NCBI GenBank assembly: GCA_030141605.1 | Contig: JAQGDQ010000548.1 | Coordinates: 62,001-126,000, forward strand | Length of the DNA stretch: 64,000 bases | DNA from: Tubiluchus corallicola | Lineage: Eukaryota > Animalia > Priapulida | Direction of reading: 5' to 3' | In this document: positions 1-14,532 of the stretch, piece by piece | Layout: every line of letters begins with the position of its first letter | How positions within the stretch are numbered: the stretch's first letter is position 1 | Notes under the pieces: model-generated | The model's input: the letters and a program-made list of their open reading frames with translations, nothing else | Told to the model about the DNA's origin: nothing | Database searches by the model: none | Made by a program: the position numbers and the translations under genes

Positions 1-259
1 TAGTTGCAAAGATCGTTGAAATCTGTTGTAAAATGGTATATTTCCTTGAAGAGTGCAGCGTACAAACAGATGACGTCATTTCCATGTCAACTATGTCATA
101 CATAGCAAAACCACAGCAGCTGCTGCTCATGTCACCTCATCATAGACGTGTGTCTTTGTGAGTTCAGCAGTGCTTGCAGAACTCTGAATCAAGTCTGTAA
201 TGTAGTGGGCGTGTCATTGGTGTACGTGGTTACAGAAAATTGCATTCTTTTTGGCTGCA

Positions 260-895
260 ATGATGGCAGATTATGGCTCGCTACACCATCCGAGCAACAG
301 ACATAATTGTATGAAACATGGCGCCTCCACTACTGCTCCTAGAATTCCACCATTCCGATCAACAGATCATGTGGAACAAGTGGAAAGCTGGAGCGTTTTT
401 GAAGAAGAAGTGATAGAATACTTGGAATGTCTGAATCCCACGAAATTGACAATTCCTAAGTTTGCCCAAACTCCGAGACGCCCCGTCGGGCCTCGTCACA
501 AGTTGCAGCTTAAACAAGACATACAGAGAACGGCCAGCAAAAGCTCTGCAGAACAATTGCCAATGACTGCCGTTCTGATTCGCTGGCACACTGGGCGACA
601 ACCTCACGTTTGCCTATCAAAGGAAGACGTTTATGACGTCATGTCTTACTTTGGACCAATCAGAACGATTCACATGAAATCGCTAAACAAAGCTCTGATT
701 ATCTTTGAAACGTTAGAGTCAGCCTGCTGGAGCGTCAGAGCTCAGTATATACTCTGGAATGGGAAGAGGTTGTGCACATCGTGGTACCATGACGCTATGA
801 AAAAACCCTTTAAAAATCGTCCACTAGATGGCGCCAGTTTCGCCGGCCTTTGGGCTGCCATGTCTTCACGTCAGAAACCAAATAAAAAATGTTGA
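260..895 (+). CDS. Intronless TEX56/C6orf201 (DUF4523)-like protein with RRM-like C-terminal domain
   Basis: First ATG at 260 in ORF 251-895. PMTAVLIRW...DVMSYFGPIRTIHMKSLNKALIIFETLESACWSV...LCTSWYH resembles the TEX56-type pattern PMxTxVVRW..FGPI..A.VVF..SAC..C.W. Confidence 0.65.
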   Translation: MMADYGSLHHPSNRHNCMKHGASTTAPRIPPFRSTDHVEQVESWSVFEEEVIEYLECLNPTKLTIPKFAQTPRRPVGPRHKLQLKQDIQRTASKSSAEQLPMTAVLIRWHTGRQPHVCLSKEDVYDVMSYFGPIRTIHMKSLNKALIIFETLESACWSVRAQYILWNGKRLCTSWYHDAMKKPFKNRPLDGASFAGLWAAMSSRQKPNKKC

Positions 896-1074
896 TGCTG
901 GTAGATTTGTAAGACAATTAATGTCCTTTGGCAAATGATCTAAGAATATATTTCCACGTGTTCTTCTAGGATCTTGCAAAGTTTTTTTGAATTTTATTTT
1001 TCAAAAGCTTGTATGTAGTAGTCCGGGGCAATTGTCAATGTTCTGGCATCTCGCGTTAATTTTTGCTATTCAAT

Positions 1075-2835
1075 GTTACCAGGTTTCTACAGAAGATTTG
1101 GTTTCTTGGATACACCAGGTTTTTAAGATATGCCACGTTTCTAGGATACACAAGGTTTCTAGGGAAGAATAGGTTTCTAGGATAAACCAGGTTTCTGGGG
1201 AGCACCAGGTTTCTAGGGATCACCGAGTTTCTGGGATACACCAGGTTTCTAGGAAATACCAGCTTTCTAGGATACACCAAGTTTCAATGATACACCAGCT
1301 TTCTAGGATGCACCAGGTTTCTAGGGAAGAATAGGTTTCTAGCATAAACCAGGTTTCTGGGGAGCACCAGGTTTCTAGGGATCACCGGCTTTCTGGGATA
1401 CACCAGGTTTCTAGGAAATACCAGCTTTCTAGGATACACCAAGTTTCAACGATACACCAGCTTTCTAGGATGCACCAGGTTTCTGGGGAACACCAGGTTT
1501 CTAGGGAACACCAGGTTTCTGGAATACACTGAGTTTCTAGGATACACCAGGTTTATGAGCAACACCAGGTTTCTGGAATACACTGAATTACTACGATACA
1601 CCAGGTTTCTAGGGAACTCCGGGTTTCTGGGATACACCAGGTTTCTAGGAAATACCAGCTTTCTAGGATACACCAAGCTTCAACGATACACCAGGTTGCT
1701 AGGAAATACCAGGTTTCTAGGGAAGAATAGGTTTCTAGCATAAACCAGGTTTCTGGGGAGCACCAGGTTTCTAGGGATCACCGAGTTTCTGGGATACACC
1801 AGGTTTCTAGGAAATACCAGCTTTCTAGGATACACCAAGTTTCAATGATACACCAGCTTTCTAGGATGCACCAGGTTTCTAGGGAAGAATAGGTTTCTAG
1901 CATAAACCAGGTTTCTGGGGAGCACCAGGTTTCTAGGGATCACCGGCTTTCTGGGATACACCAGGTTTCTAGGAAATACCAGCTTTCTAGGATACACCAA
2001 GTTTCAACGATACACCAGCTTTCTAGGATGCACCAGGTTTCTGGGGAACACCAGGTTTCTAGGGAACACCAGGTTTCTGGAATACACTGAGTTTCTAGGA
2101 TACACCAGGTTTATGAGCAACACCAGGTTTCTGGAATACACTGAATTACTACGATACACCAGGTTTCTAGGGAACTCCAGGTTTCTGGGATACACCAGGT
2201 TTCTAGGAAATACCAGCTTTCTAGGATACACCAAGCTTCAACGATACACCAGGTTGCTAGGAAATACCAGCTTTCTAGGATACACCAGGTTTCAACAATA
2301 CACCAGTTTTCTAGGATACACCAGGCTTCAACAATAGACCAGCTTTCTAGGATACACTGGGTTTCAACAATAGACCAGCTTTCTAGCATACACCAGGTTT
2401 CAACATTACACCAGCTTTCTAGGATACACTGGGTTTCAACAATACACCAGCTTTCTAGGATACACCAGGCTTCAACAATAGACCAGCTTTCTAGGATACC
2501 CTGGGTTTCAACAATACACCAGTTTTCTAGGATACACTGGGTTTCAACAATACACCAGCTTTCTAGGGTACACCAGATTTCAACAGTATACCAGCTTTCT
2601 AGGATACACTGGGTTTCAACAATACACCAGCTTTCTAGGATACACTGGGTTTCAACAATACACCAGCTTTCTAGGATACACTGGGTTTCAACAATACACC
2701 AGCTTTCTAGGATACACCAGGTTTCAACAGTACACTAGCTTTTTAGGATACACTGGGTTTCAACAATATACCAGCTTTCTAGGATACACTGGGTTACACC
2801 AATACACCAGTTTTCTAGGATACACTAGGTTTTTT
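1075..2835. repeat. 18-bp tandem satellite (ccaggtttctaggataca) with 558-bp higher-order repeat
   Basis: Monomer visible throughout. Near-identical ORF pairs at 1446/2004 and 1553/2111 are offset by 558 bp (31 x 18). The distal part shifts to a 36-bp dimer. Confidence 0.95.
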
Positions 2836-3571
2836 CTCTAACAAACACTCGTGAATATGATACCGATTTAAATCATCAACACAACAAAATTTTATTGCAA
2901 AAACAAACATGGCTAAAACAAATGTGTATCGGTTACAACATTACAATTATAGTCACGTGATTCTCAAAACTGACTTCCTATGCAATTTGCCCATGACAAA
3001 ATTTAATGGTAACCTAAGGGCCACATGATTTCAGATTCAGATACGCGATTGCATATTTCTGCATGAAAAGTTTACTTTTCAGAGCATAGAGTTACTGAGA
3101 AGTAAGCCGTGTTTAGACTATTGTTAATGGCCCTTTAATTACTGTCATGCACTGGATGGCTGCCAACTGCGTGTTACAACAGATAAAATAATAACTCTTT
3201 CCAAAGCGTTTCGTTTCAAATAGAGCTTGCTGAAGGCATGACGTTCTTTTTTCAGACAAACATATAACCATAGTCTTTAATGTATTTCGTCATGGAACAA
3301 AACATTTAATACATGCTACCAGTCACATACTTATCTGTGGTGTTTGCAATTGCGGTCAGCAGGTGGCGCCTCGTTTTGTTGTGTGTAGCACGTGACAGGC
3401 ATTAACGGTTTTTGTGTAAGCCAGAATCTTTATTGTTGTTTTTCCCAATAAATGCAATTGCTTTATGGCTCTATCAGTCAACATAAATTTTGTTTGTCAT
3501 ACGTGTCTTATTTCAGTGACAAACTCTTCCAAAAACAGGGAAAGTTTTACGGAGGCTACTCATGTCGTTGC

Positions 3572-5068
3572 CAGGGCTGGATTACCCTATAAGCTAGTAT
3601 AGGGGTTTGGCAACCTAGGGCCCCTCAAGCTTGCTGGCCCATTCTTTACATTCTGACTTTAAAGAAAGTAGAAAATCAAATTTTAAAAAGTGGGTCCTCA
3701 TTTGAGACAAAAGATCCCTGTTTGAGGCCTCTTATTTGAGATAAAGAATTCCTGTTTATGGCCTTTTACTTGAGATAAAGGATCCCTGTTTGAGTCCTCT
3801 TATTTGAGATAAAGGATCCCTGTTTAAGGCCTCTTATTTGAGATAAAGAATCCCTGTTATGGCCTTTTATTAGAGATAAAGATCCCTGTTGTGGCCTTTT
3901 ACTTGAGATAAAGGATCCCTGTTTGAGGCCTCTTATTTGAGATAAAGGATTCCCGTTTGTGGCCTTTTACTTGAGATAAAGGATTCCCGTTTGTGGCCTT
4001 TTACCTGAGATAAAGGATCCCTCTGTTTGAGACCTCTTATTTGAGATAAAGGATCCCTGTTATGGCCTTTTATTAGAGATAAAGATCCCTGTTGTGGCCT
4101 TTTACTTGAGATAAAGGATCCCTGTTTGAGGCCTCTTATTTGAGATAAAGGATTCCCGTTTGTGGCCTTTTACTTGAGATAAAGGATTCCCGTTTGTGGC
4201 CTTTTACCTGAGATAAAGGATCCCTCTGTTTGAGACCTCTTATTTGAGATAAAGGATCCCTGTTATGGCCTTTTATTAGAGATAAAGATCCCTGTTGTGG
4301 CCTTTTACTTGAGATAAAGGATCCCTGTTTGAGGCCTCTTATTTGAGATAAAGGATTCCCGTTTGTGGCCTTTTACTTGAGATAAAGGATTCCCGTTTGT
4401 GGCCTTTTACCTGAGATAAAGGATCCCTCTGTTTGAGACCTCTTATTTGAGATAAAGGATCCCTGTTATGGCCTTTTATTAGAGATAAAGATCCCTGTTG
4501 TGGCCTTTTACTTGAGATAAAGGATCCCTGTTTGAGGCCTCTTATTTGAGATAAAGGATTCCCGTTTGTGGCCTTTTACTTGAGATAAAGGATCCCTGTT
4601 TGAGACCTCTTATTTGAGATAAAGAATCCCTGTTGTGGCCTTTTATTGGAGATAAAGGATTCCTGTTTGTGATCTTTTATTGGAGATAAAGGATTCCTGT
4701 TTGTGATCTTTTATTGGAGATAAAGGATCCCTGTTTGAGGTCCTTTATTGGAGATAAAAGATGCCTATTTGAGGCCTCTTATTTAAGATAAAGGATTCCT
4801 GTTCATGGCCTTTTATTGGAGATAAAGGATCCCGGTTTGTGGCTTTTTATTGGAGATAAGGGGTCCTTGTTTGAAGCTTTTTATTTGAAACATGAAGGGC
4901 TTGTTTGAGGTCCCTTATTATGACAACCCCATCTAAAATATGTTACTAAAATATGCCATGATTAAAAATATTCGAAAGGAGTGCGAGCAAATTAGAGAGT
5001 CACCCCGTCTGCGGAGGCCCCTTAATTTCATTAGCCTAAGGACCCCAAAATGTCAAAATCCAGCCCTG
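3572..5068. mobile_element. Non-autonomous hAT-like MITE with internal satellite
   Basis: TIR cagggctggatt ... aatccagccctg. Flanks gtcgttgc / gtcttagt match only 5 of 8, a possible degenerate 8-bp TSD. Confidence 0.6.
3700..4920. repeat. ~29-bp tandem satellite (tgagataaaggatccctgtttgaggcctcttatt-like) with 203-bp higher-order unit
   Basis: The variant tccctctg recurs at 4018, 4221 and 4424 (203 bp = 7 x 29). Confidence 0.92.
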
Positions 5069-5402
5069 GTCTTAGTGACCGTGGTCATCAAGCGATGGCC
5101 AGGGGCAGGCAATATTAATAAGGTCATCCCTCCAGATACCTTTCTGAAATGATGTCACAGAACTTTTGTAAGACTTGAGAGAATTGAGAGTTAGCAAAGC
5201 ATTTTGCAGTGATCATATGTTTGTGGTCTTCATTGCTATTTTGTGACTAAAAATACACATCTATTGGCATCATCGTTACTTTCAGTCTTTGAAGACTTGA
5301 ACAACCTCATCCCTAACTACACACAAGTGCAAAAATCACAAGTAAAATTATCTAATACAAGCTGATTGTCGAGAAAAACCATTTGGTACTCCTTGTTGAA
5401 CA

Positions 5403-5786
5403 TTATGGACTTCTTGCATCTGTGGTAGATGTAACTTCCGTGGAAGATGTTGGCGGTTCTTCGGTTGTCGTTGATGATGAGGTCCCATCTGACTGATCGG
5501 TCGTTGTGGGTTCCGTTGTTGTTGTTGCCTCTTCTGTGGTCGTTGTGTCGTTGTCTTCATCACGAGACACATCTGGCAACATTCCACCTGACATGGATAA
5601 ATCTGGCGACATTCTCTCCATTTCTGGCGACATGCTCTCCATCTCTGGATCACAGCGCTCTATGCCAAGGTTGGCCATCTCACAGCTACAGCCTTCCGAG
5701 AGCCTGCAGGGAGTTGACAGGGGAACCGGAAATAGCCGACCAAATCTGAAAATCTGGCAAGAGCAAAGATTCGCTCTGGCATACAT
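5403..5786 (-). CDS. Last coding exon of a Cys-rich, Thr-rich (mucin-like) protein
   Basis: Acceptor ttgtttttgtttcag|ATGTATGCC. Encodes CSC..C..CSC..C, MxxMSP repeats and a TTTTEE-rich tail; stop at 5403-5405. Confidence 0.6.
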   Translation of the reverse strand: MYARANLCSCQIFRFGRLFPVPLSTPCRLSEGCSCEMANLGIERCDPEMESMSPEMERMSPDLSMSGGMLPDVSRDEDNDTTTTEEATTTTEPTTTDQSDGTSSSTTTEEPPTSSTEVTSTTDARSP

Positions 5787-6509
5787 CTGAAACAAAAACA
5801 ATTGAACGTTTATTAGTTACCATCCTGCACCGATGGAATTTGAGTAGGTCTGTGATACCAAAATCACCGTGTTTGTTTGATAAAATATTGATAACATTAA
5901 AGAAATTAAAAGCACACGAACTTTCAGTACCCAACTTAGTACTATCTTCAAAGTAAAAGCAATAAAAGAAGAAACAAACGAAGAAATAGAAGAAGAAACC
6001 ACCAAATATTTTTTGTTCTTAATTTCTTTCATCTGAAGATAGTGTCAAGGACGTCAGTTTATGCCATTGTACAATATTTTATAATGATTATGTAGAAAAC
6101 TTCGTATCAGACAGCATAAAAGAAGCAACTTGTAGGAAACCTTTTACCAGACTGCATAAAAGGAAACAACTTGTAGAAAACTATATATCAGACTGCATAA
6201 AAGGAAGAACTTGTAGAAAACTTTATATCAGACTGCATAAAAGAAACAACTTGTAGACAACTTTGAATCTAGCAAGATTGGCAAAGGCGCCTTTTTGTCA
6301 CATGAGTGTGGCCGACAAATAGAAGGCAGTACTGTGATAACCACGATCACGAATTGCAGTGTTAGTTTCTGACGTCATGTGACATAGAGCCCATTTTCGT
6401 GACATCACGCATTTAAGCGTTTAAGATTTGATTTAAAATAAGCTATTGTAATTTTCAATATTTTAGAGCATTCGTGTTTACACTATCATCCGGTTTTCCT
6501 TTAAGTTAC

Positions 6510-6695
6510 CCTTTCACAAATGATTTCTTCTCCTCTTCCTACGTAGCAAGTACAGTCTGTGGAAAAATCCCAATCATTCCTCGGTTCACAGTCATCGCTG
6601 CAGACAATGTCAACATTGTTTCTCTCCAGGCACAACCTTCTCCTCGCTCCTTCGGGTCCTCTGGTCAAGTAGAACAGGTCACCCCAAACTGTTAC
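6510..6695 (-). CDS. Internal exon of the same Cys-rich gene
   Basis: ttacag|GTAACA...GAAAGG|gtaact, phase 0 at both ends. VTVW...CLERNNVDIVCSDDC...CTC...ICER joins in frame to the 5403-5786 exon. Confidence 0.55.
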
Positions 6696-6833
6696 CTGTA
6701 ACGAGTTTTGAAATCTAAAAATTTCTTTTACGCATTTTTGATACATTACGTTTTTTCCATACATTTCGTTGAATCGGGATAAATGACTTTTTACTTCCTA
6801 TGTATGCCAACCTAGGCGATACTAACTACAAGT

Positions 6834-6834
6834 A

Positions 6835-6901
<67 letters not shown>

Positions 6902-7580
6902 TATTTTAAATTATACACATATACAAATATTTACATAATATACATACAGAGACCCTCTATTTGCAGGGTATGGTTAAAAAAACTTTGTAAATAAAATAGC
7001 TGTTACATTCGTGAGACTTTTATATACCAATAAATCACGGATTAGTACCCCATAATAATATAAAAGAACAACTAAAATCAAATAGCATCGGTTTACACAA
7101 AACGACCGGTATAATATAAAAGTGACTAGAAACAGAAAAATTAGATGTCTACAGATTTGTTCTGTTACGCAAAGTTTAATATTTTATACTAAAGTTTGCA
7201 AAAACGGATCACAAGCTAACTCAGTGAAAGCATCTAGCAGGTTTTTGTCACGAGAGGTATAAATTTTACTAATGTTCTGAGATTGTAGGATATTTGCGAG
7301 CGCGAATCTTTTATTTTCATCGACCAGAGTACAATTAAAAAGCAAATGTTCAACTGTTGGTGCTTTCTCAGAACGTATACAGGCATTTATGTATCCAATG
7401 TTAAAAAGAAAATCTTTAAAGTTACCTTGTCCTAGTAAAATGCTACAAGATAGTTTTTCCAGCCTTCTGCTACCTGTATGAAAAGGGTCTAGTGGAGGTA
7501 AAAATATATTTTCAGGAAGAATGGATAACGCCTGGCATTGGTAGCGAGTACGGCACCTAACTACAAGGCAGCATGGTGCA
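6834..7580 (-). mobile_element. 3' fragment of a non-LTR retrotransposon with C-terminal zinc-finger-like motif and (TAA)n tail
   Basis: LLGQGNFKDFLFNIG...C...TVEHLLFNC resembles LINE ORF2 C-termini. A (TAA)n run at about 6836-6902 lies downstream on the minus strand. Confidence 0.55.
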
Positions 7581-7769
7581 ACAAGGCCAAACATTGTATA
7601 TTTTGTCAACAAAGGGAATGGTCGCCTCCTCATTGTCTGAGAATGGCAGCACCCAGAATACATATTTCTGTCCATTGTTGGCCATTGTAACGAACCAGCC
7701 AGCAGAGAAATGTCCCTGTTTCTTGGTCTAAATGTAGCTGCATCTAATTGTGATGGTAAAGTAGCGCGT

Positions 7770-8357
<588 letters not shown>

Positions 8358-9329
8358 GTCTTTCTCTTTCCTTTGTGTTTTCCCTCTAATACCAAAATAC
8401 ATTAATTACACTATTTAACTTGCAAGATAAAAAACAACTAACACATCCAATATCAGAAAATACTAAAACTTAAGCTTGAAATCAATAGCTAAATTTTTAC
8501 ATACCACAAGAACGAGAAAGATTCCCTGTTGCAAACAGAACGACCACATCTTTAACGAACGTGAACGCAATAGTAAATTCAATCGGGCTCAATTAATTGT
8601 TTAAACTGAAAGTGCAAGTTGAATTGGTGGTTAAACCATGTGCACTGTCCGAATCGAGAATTGTGGGTCAGTCGTTCTGTTAGGAGTGGTCTTTCAATTA
8701 GACCGACTGGGGGGGTGGGGGGTGGAGAATACAAGCGGCTTAGCATTGAGATTAAAGAAAGACTATGAAGGTAGTCAATCACACGTATCAAATAGGTAAT
8801 TGTTCTCTTGAAGGTCAAAATGCCAACCGGAAATTGATTCGGAAGCGGAAGCTAATTTAAATGTGCGCTTTATTTTGAGATTAAACGTGCAGAAAAGTGA
8901 CGATTTTAAACTTATTCCTTTCGCTATTCCGTAATTTCTTCCCTCGTTTCTTCGAGCACTTTGCCTTTTAGTTCATTTTTGATTTTATTTCGCTCGTTTG
9001 TTGTTTGCCTGTTCGTTTGCCTGTTCGTTTGCCCATCAAATGTGTAGTCAATGCGAGGTTGTGATATAACTAGTGGCGCCTTCGCGCACGTACATTTTGC
9101 AACTGCTGAGTATTTTAAAGTATTTAAGACATTTAGTATGCATGCAATGCTGATCTGTACAAAGTCGTCTCTAACGTACTGTACCTTGCGCAGTTTTTTA
9201 CGCTATGTAGATTTTTTAGTTTTCCATTTTGTCACCATTTTTAGTCTATTGTTATTGGCTTAAATCAAAATAACTATTAACAGATCAAATAACTGTCAGT
9301 TTTAAAATTTTATTAATTTTAAGGGCAGA

Positions 9330-9375
9330 AAATACTCTCGTATCCCACGGGATACAACGGGTATGAAAGGGTTAA
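9330..9375. mobile_element. Isolated piggyBac-like right end
   Basis: ...tcccacgggatacaacgggtatgaaagggTTAA. No matching left end found. Confidence 0.3.
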
Positions 9376-9547
9376 CAGATTAAGCATTCCAATCCGACAC
9401 GAACTGCACTGAGCAATTATTGATAGTTTGAAAAAAATGTTATATTTTATTGCTGGGGGGTATAAACACGTTGTTGTGTAGCTTGAAAAATCGTTGATTG
9501 GTTCGTGGTCTAGTGCGACTTATTAGTGTACCGGTCGTTGCATGAAT

Positions 9548-9830
9548 GATTGTTGATTGGGTGGTTAGTTGGTTGGTTGGTAAGTTGATTGTTTCGTTGG
9601 TTTGTTGATTGATTGGTTGACTGGTTGGTAGATGGGTTTGTTTGTTGGATTGTTGGTTAGTTTGTTTGGGTATTAGTTGATTGTTAGTTGGCTGGTAGGT
9701 GGGTTGGTTTGTTGGTTAGTTTATTTGTAGACTAATTGATTGTTGGTTGATTTGACTGTTGTTGTTATTGGTTGGTTGGTTGGTAGGTGGGTTGGTTTGC
9801 TGGGTTATTGGTTAGTTTTTTGTAAATTAG
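9548..9830. repeat. Degenerate (GGTT)n-type low-complexity tract
   Basis: Seen directly. Confidence 0.85.
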
Positions 9831-10788
9831 TTTGTTCTCATTTAGTATTTTAAAGAGTAAATTGTTTTGACCTACGCGGTTGAAGAATGGGTTGAGTTTT
9901 CCTTTAACTATGCTCTATCCATCCTTCGCATTTAAGTCTGATACTTTTAAAGCCAACTTTCTTCGTTCAATTGTGTCTGAACAAATTTGGTCGTCAAAGG
10001 GTACAAAAATCTGAATCAAAGGGTTAAAATAACAAAGTACAAAGGGGATTAAATTTACCATCTAGTTAATTTCATACTTTTGAAATTCAATGAAAAACAT
10101 TTTGTCGTGTTTGTTGAAACTTCTGTTATTTTGCCCCATTTAGAGTGCACGAGAGATACGGTCTTGTTTGCAAACAAATACGAGCCTAATTCTCGAACTG
10201 AGAAGCGATTCTGCCATAAACGCTTACAACAGTCAATCCTGGGGTGTAAGGCACTCGCTTATAAGGCACTGTAACAATGTACAGTATCATTTGTGTGAAA
10301 TCGGCTAATGTAGAAAATTTCAACCATCCAAACAAAAACACTCTGATACACTTTGGCCTCTAGTCTACTCTATTTTTAAGGAGAAATTCTTGTGAAAGGT
10401 GAAAGGACCTTAATTTGTTCTTGGCTGATCGGTTGGTTTTGTCTGGATTAGCAGCAGAACACTGCACGGCTTGGGCTGTAGTAAACAGGCTATCAATAAA
10501 ATAGTGTGTACGATTACGCAAGTGTACCCCAGACTAAGCTACTCAATAGGCCAACTTAGAGTGCCTGAAAAGGGTGTTTTTTTCTTAATTTTATCCAATT
10601 AAATCAATTGTAAATGTTTAAACAAATTGCACGATTGGATAGCCGAGATTCTCCTGAATAGAACAGTACCTAAATTGTCATCGCTTAATTATGTCTGTAA
10701 AGTCATAAATCTTATAATACCCATTTTGAATGGTGTGGCCCTGAAGGAATTAAATAACCTTTTTCATCAGATATTTCTTGATAACATT

Positions 10789-11293
10789 GTAGAGTAAACC
10801 TTAGGTATAAGGTACTTACTTATAAGGGACATTCACTTATAAGAGACCACCAACACCGGTCTTGATTTTTCGTAACGTTTTACCTATGTAAAAATTTTCG
10901 TATATGAGGTACTCTGATATAGGATAAGGGATTTTCGGTTATAAGGGACGATCTCTTCAGGTCCCGCGTAATAGAAACCCGGGTAAACTACCTTGCATAT
11001 ATGGGACCCTACGATCAAAGCGAAATTGATCGATTTTTAACCTTAATTTTTCATAAACTCTGCCTTCGAACAGCTCGGTTTCCGATGTCACATACATCTC
11101 TCATCATTGAAGGAGCTTCCTACATACCGTTTTGCACTTGAATGTGTAGCAATAATCCATAAAAATATGGTAAAAGTACAGGTCTAGATACACCTTCGGT
11201 CTGACTCAACTTCGTCCATAAGGGACATCGGATATAAAGGACGATTTTTTCCTGTCTGGAGGTGTCTCTTATATCCGAGATTGACTGACTGTA
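10789..11293. mobile_element. pogo/Tigger-type MITE
   Basis: Ends with gtctcttatatccgagattgactgactgTA. Has ttataaggg(a)c subterminal repeats. A related TIR fragment acagtcaatcc...tataaggcac lies at about 10229-10270. Confidence 0.5.
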
Positions 11294-11629
11294 GTATTAC
11301 ATTAAAAATTCTGTAATATTTAACCGCTGGGTGCAGTCGCCAAATCGACCTTGGTATTCTAACCATATTTTGCCCCAAAATTCCTGCCAATTAAGTATGT
11401 TAACACATATATAAGAACAGTTAGCACAGTACAAACACTTTCAGTTCGTGTTTGTTTATATGAAATGCGTTTCAACAACTCTAAGCGCTGCTATCACCGT
11501 ACATACACTTTCTGTTCTCAGTCTTTCATGTGAAACGCAGGCTGTAATATAATTAATTTCATAATTGTTAGCACAGCACAAACACCTTCTAGTTTCAGTA
11601 TTTCACATGAAAATTCTCGCTGTAGCATG

Positions 11630-12275
11630 ATTAAATTGTCTGACAGTTGTTTTGATAGATGAATTTAAATTGACTGATAGTTGTTTTGATAGATGAATTT
11701 AAATTGCCTGATAGTTGTTTTGATAGATGAATTTAAATTGTCTGATAGTTGTTTTGATAGATGAATTTAAATTGTCTTATAGTTGTTTTGATAAATGAAT
11801 TTAAATTGTCTGATACTTGTTTTGATAGATGAATTTAAATTGTCTGATGGTTGTTTTGATAGATGAATTTAAATTCTCTGATAGTTGTTTTGATAGATGA
11901 ATTAAATTGCCTGATAGTTGTTTTGATAGATGAATGTAAATTGTCTGACAGTAGTTTTGTTAGATGAATTAAATTGTTTGATAGTTGTTTTGATAGATGA
12001 ATTTAAATTGTCTGATAGTTGTTTTGATAGATGAATTTAAATTGTCTGATAGTTGTTTTGATAGATGAATTTAAATTGTCTGATAGTTGTTTTGATAGAT
12101 GAATTTAAATTGTCTGATAGTTGTTTTGTTAGATGAATTAAATTGTTTGATAGTTGTTTTGATAGATGAATTTAAATTGTCTCATAGTTGTTTTGATAGA
12201 TGAATTTAAATTGCCTGATAGTTGTTTTGATAGATGAATTTAAATTGTCTGATTGTTGTTTTGATAGATGAATTT
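11630..12275. repeat. 34-bp tandem repeat (gatagttgttttgatagatgaatttaaattgtct), about 19 copies
   Basis: Seen directly. Confidence 0.95.
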
Positions 12276-13780
12276 CCTTGCAATCTGTGTCTTTGCTGTA
12301 CTTGGCTCCCTGGTGGAATTGCCCCCAAGTGGCTACGCATGTGGCAGGTATCATGGTCGGTTCTGGAGAGGTCTGGAGAGATCCTGGAAGCGGCAGGTTG
12401 TGAGATACTGTACAGAAGAGACAGACAGAGGCATGATCTTCATACAAGTGTTTTGCATGCTGTGATAACAAAATTTATATGAGACGACCTCAAGCCAAAA
12501 AATGCTATTATTTGTGTTGCCGAAAAGATTGCTGTCCAGAAGGTTGGCTGCATTTCAAGCGCTGTGAAAGTAACGATTGGACTCTGGAGTTAAGAGACGC
12601 TGCACAACGTGGATTGAAGCCACTTTCCATGTGTTTATAATTAACAGTGTTTTCTGCCATAAGATTTTTTAAATACATCTTATATAGTAGGCTATACTGT
12701 ATCTTCTTATATGTAATTTAGCTGGTTAAATAATGCTCATTATAACTTGGTATAACGCAATGGTGCTGCGTCGTTTGCTTGATACCTTTATGCTTTTACA
12801 CTAGTACTACCTCCACCATCATTATCGCTATCATCACCACCATAAAAGCCATCATATTCCGTATTTATTGTTGTTTTAGGGACACTAGAATCAGCAAATG
12901 AACAAACAAGCAAACAGACGGGCTGACAGAACAACAAACAAACAGCATCAAGATCATAAGCTGATTAGGCATCAAATAAATACACTACAATCGTACTATT
13001 AATGACCTTTGTAAATCGACTCATTGGACTTCAAAGGGTTGAAAGAAATTATTCTGTTAATTTGTATTACCAATAATTTACCACTAGGTCCAGTAATAGA
13101 GATCGTGGTATTCAAAAATTAAAGAAGAAGAAGAATGGTACGCGTATTTAAGCACAAGTGTTATATAAAGGATAGAGGCAGAGAAGTACTTGTGGCGTGT
13201 AGAGCAATCTTGTTACTTTCCTGTAAGAATACTGCTGCTAACACATCATGAGCACTTATGTATACTAAAACAGTGTTAATAATTATAATTATCATAATGT
13301 TTATTTGCGTGTTTAACATTAACTATGTAGATAAATTATGTAACATTATCTGTTTCGAGCAAAATCTTTAATAAAACAAAAATACGATTTAAAAAGACAC
13401 AAAACATTAGCAGACTAACAAAGAATAGTCATATTTTATACGGAAATTTTTTGGCAAAACACAAATCGTAATGTAGGTAGAAATCAAATCACTCGATTTA
13501 AGGAATCCCTGATCACCTGAACGGAGGCAAGGAAATTTACCTGTTCATAAGTTGAGGTGGTCTAGGGGAAGAAGTCATATGAAATACTGCAAGGAAGAAG
13601 TGTAGGAGGATCCCGCTCCTCATCACTTAGAGAATAGAGATTTTACTTACGTTAAGTACTAAATGGTGTGCAAAACACTGTGCATAATCATTTCTAGTGT
13701 ATAATAATAATAATAAAAACAACAATAATAATAATAATAATAATAATATTTATAATAATAATAACAACAACAACAACAAC

Positions 13781-13814
<34 letters not shown>

Positions 13815-14482
13815 TAATGACAATATAGCTTTTTAGACGATTCCCTACTTAGGCTGCCTACGTACGACACTGGTTTCCCCCCTCAAATTTAGCGCTATTC
13901 GCGTAACCCACACCAATCTTCGACGGAGTAACATGGCAATTCACGTAATATTGAAGAGCACCGTGATTGCTCGTCGGCTGGCTGTTGCTGTTTGACAAGC
14001 CACTGGCGTAGCAGTGTGTAGTTTTTTGCTGGATTACTGCTGGGTTTACCTGTCTGAAGGCGGATTTTTTTATTTTAGAATTCTGCCTGCCCAATGTCTA
14101 CAATAGACGTGACGGGCGTATGACGATGATGTTGTGTTTACCTGTTTTAACGACGGATTTCTTTTACTTTAGCTTGAAGGTAGATTTCTTTTACTTCAGA
14201 TAATTCTATCTGCCCAGGGTTTACAACGGACGCAACGGGCATAATTATGATGATGAGAATGGTAAGAGTATGATTATTTTGGAGTAACATTAAACGTTCT
14301 AAGCATTACGGCAAGTAACGGACGATTGTTAAGCTGCAAACGGATAAGCGACTGTATTGCTTTGAGTATTGTAACTGTATAGATAAGCATGTAAAACTTT
14401 GACTAGATTAAATATACATTTCTGCTACTTAGTACTTAATTTAATGCCAAATCTATTTTCAATACTATAATGTTTATATATG

Positions 14483-14532
<50 letters not shown>

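Noticed and set aside
1056-2389. Repetitive PRNLV ORFs
   Set aside because: Artefacts of an 18-bp (multiple of 3) satellite.
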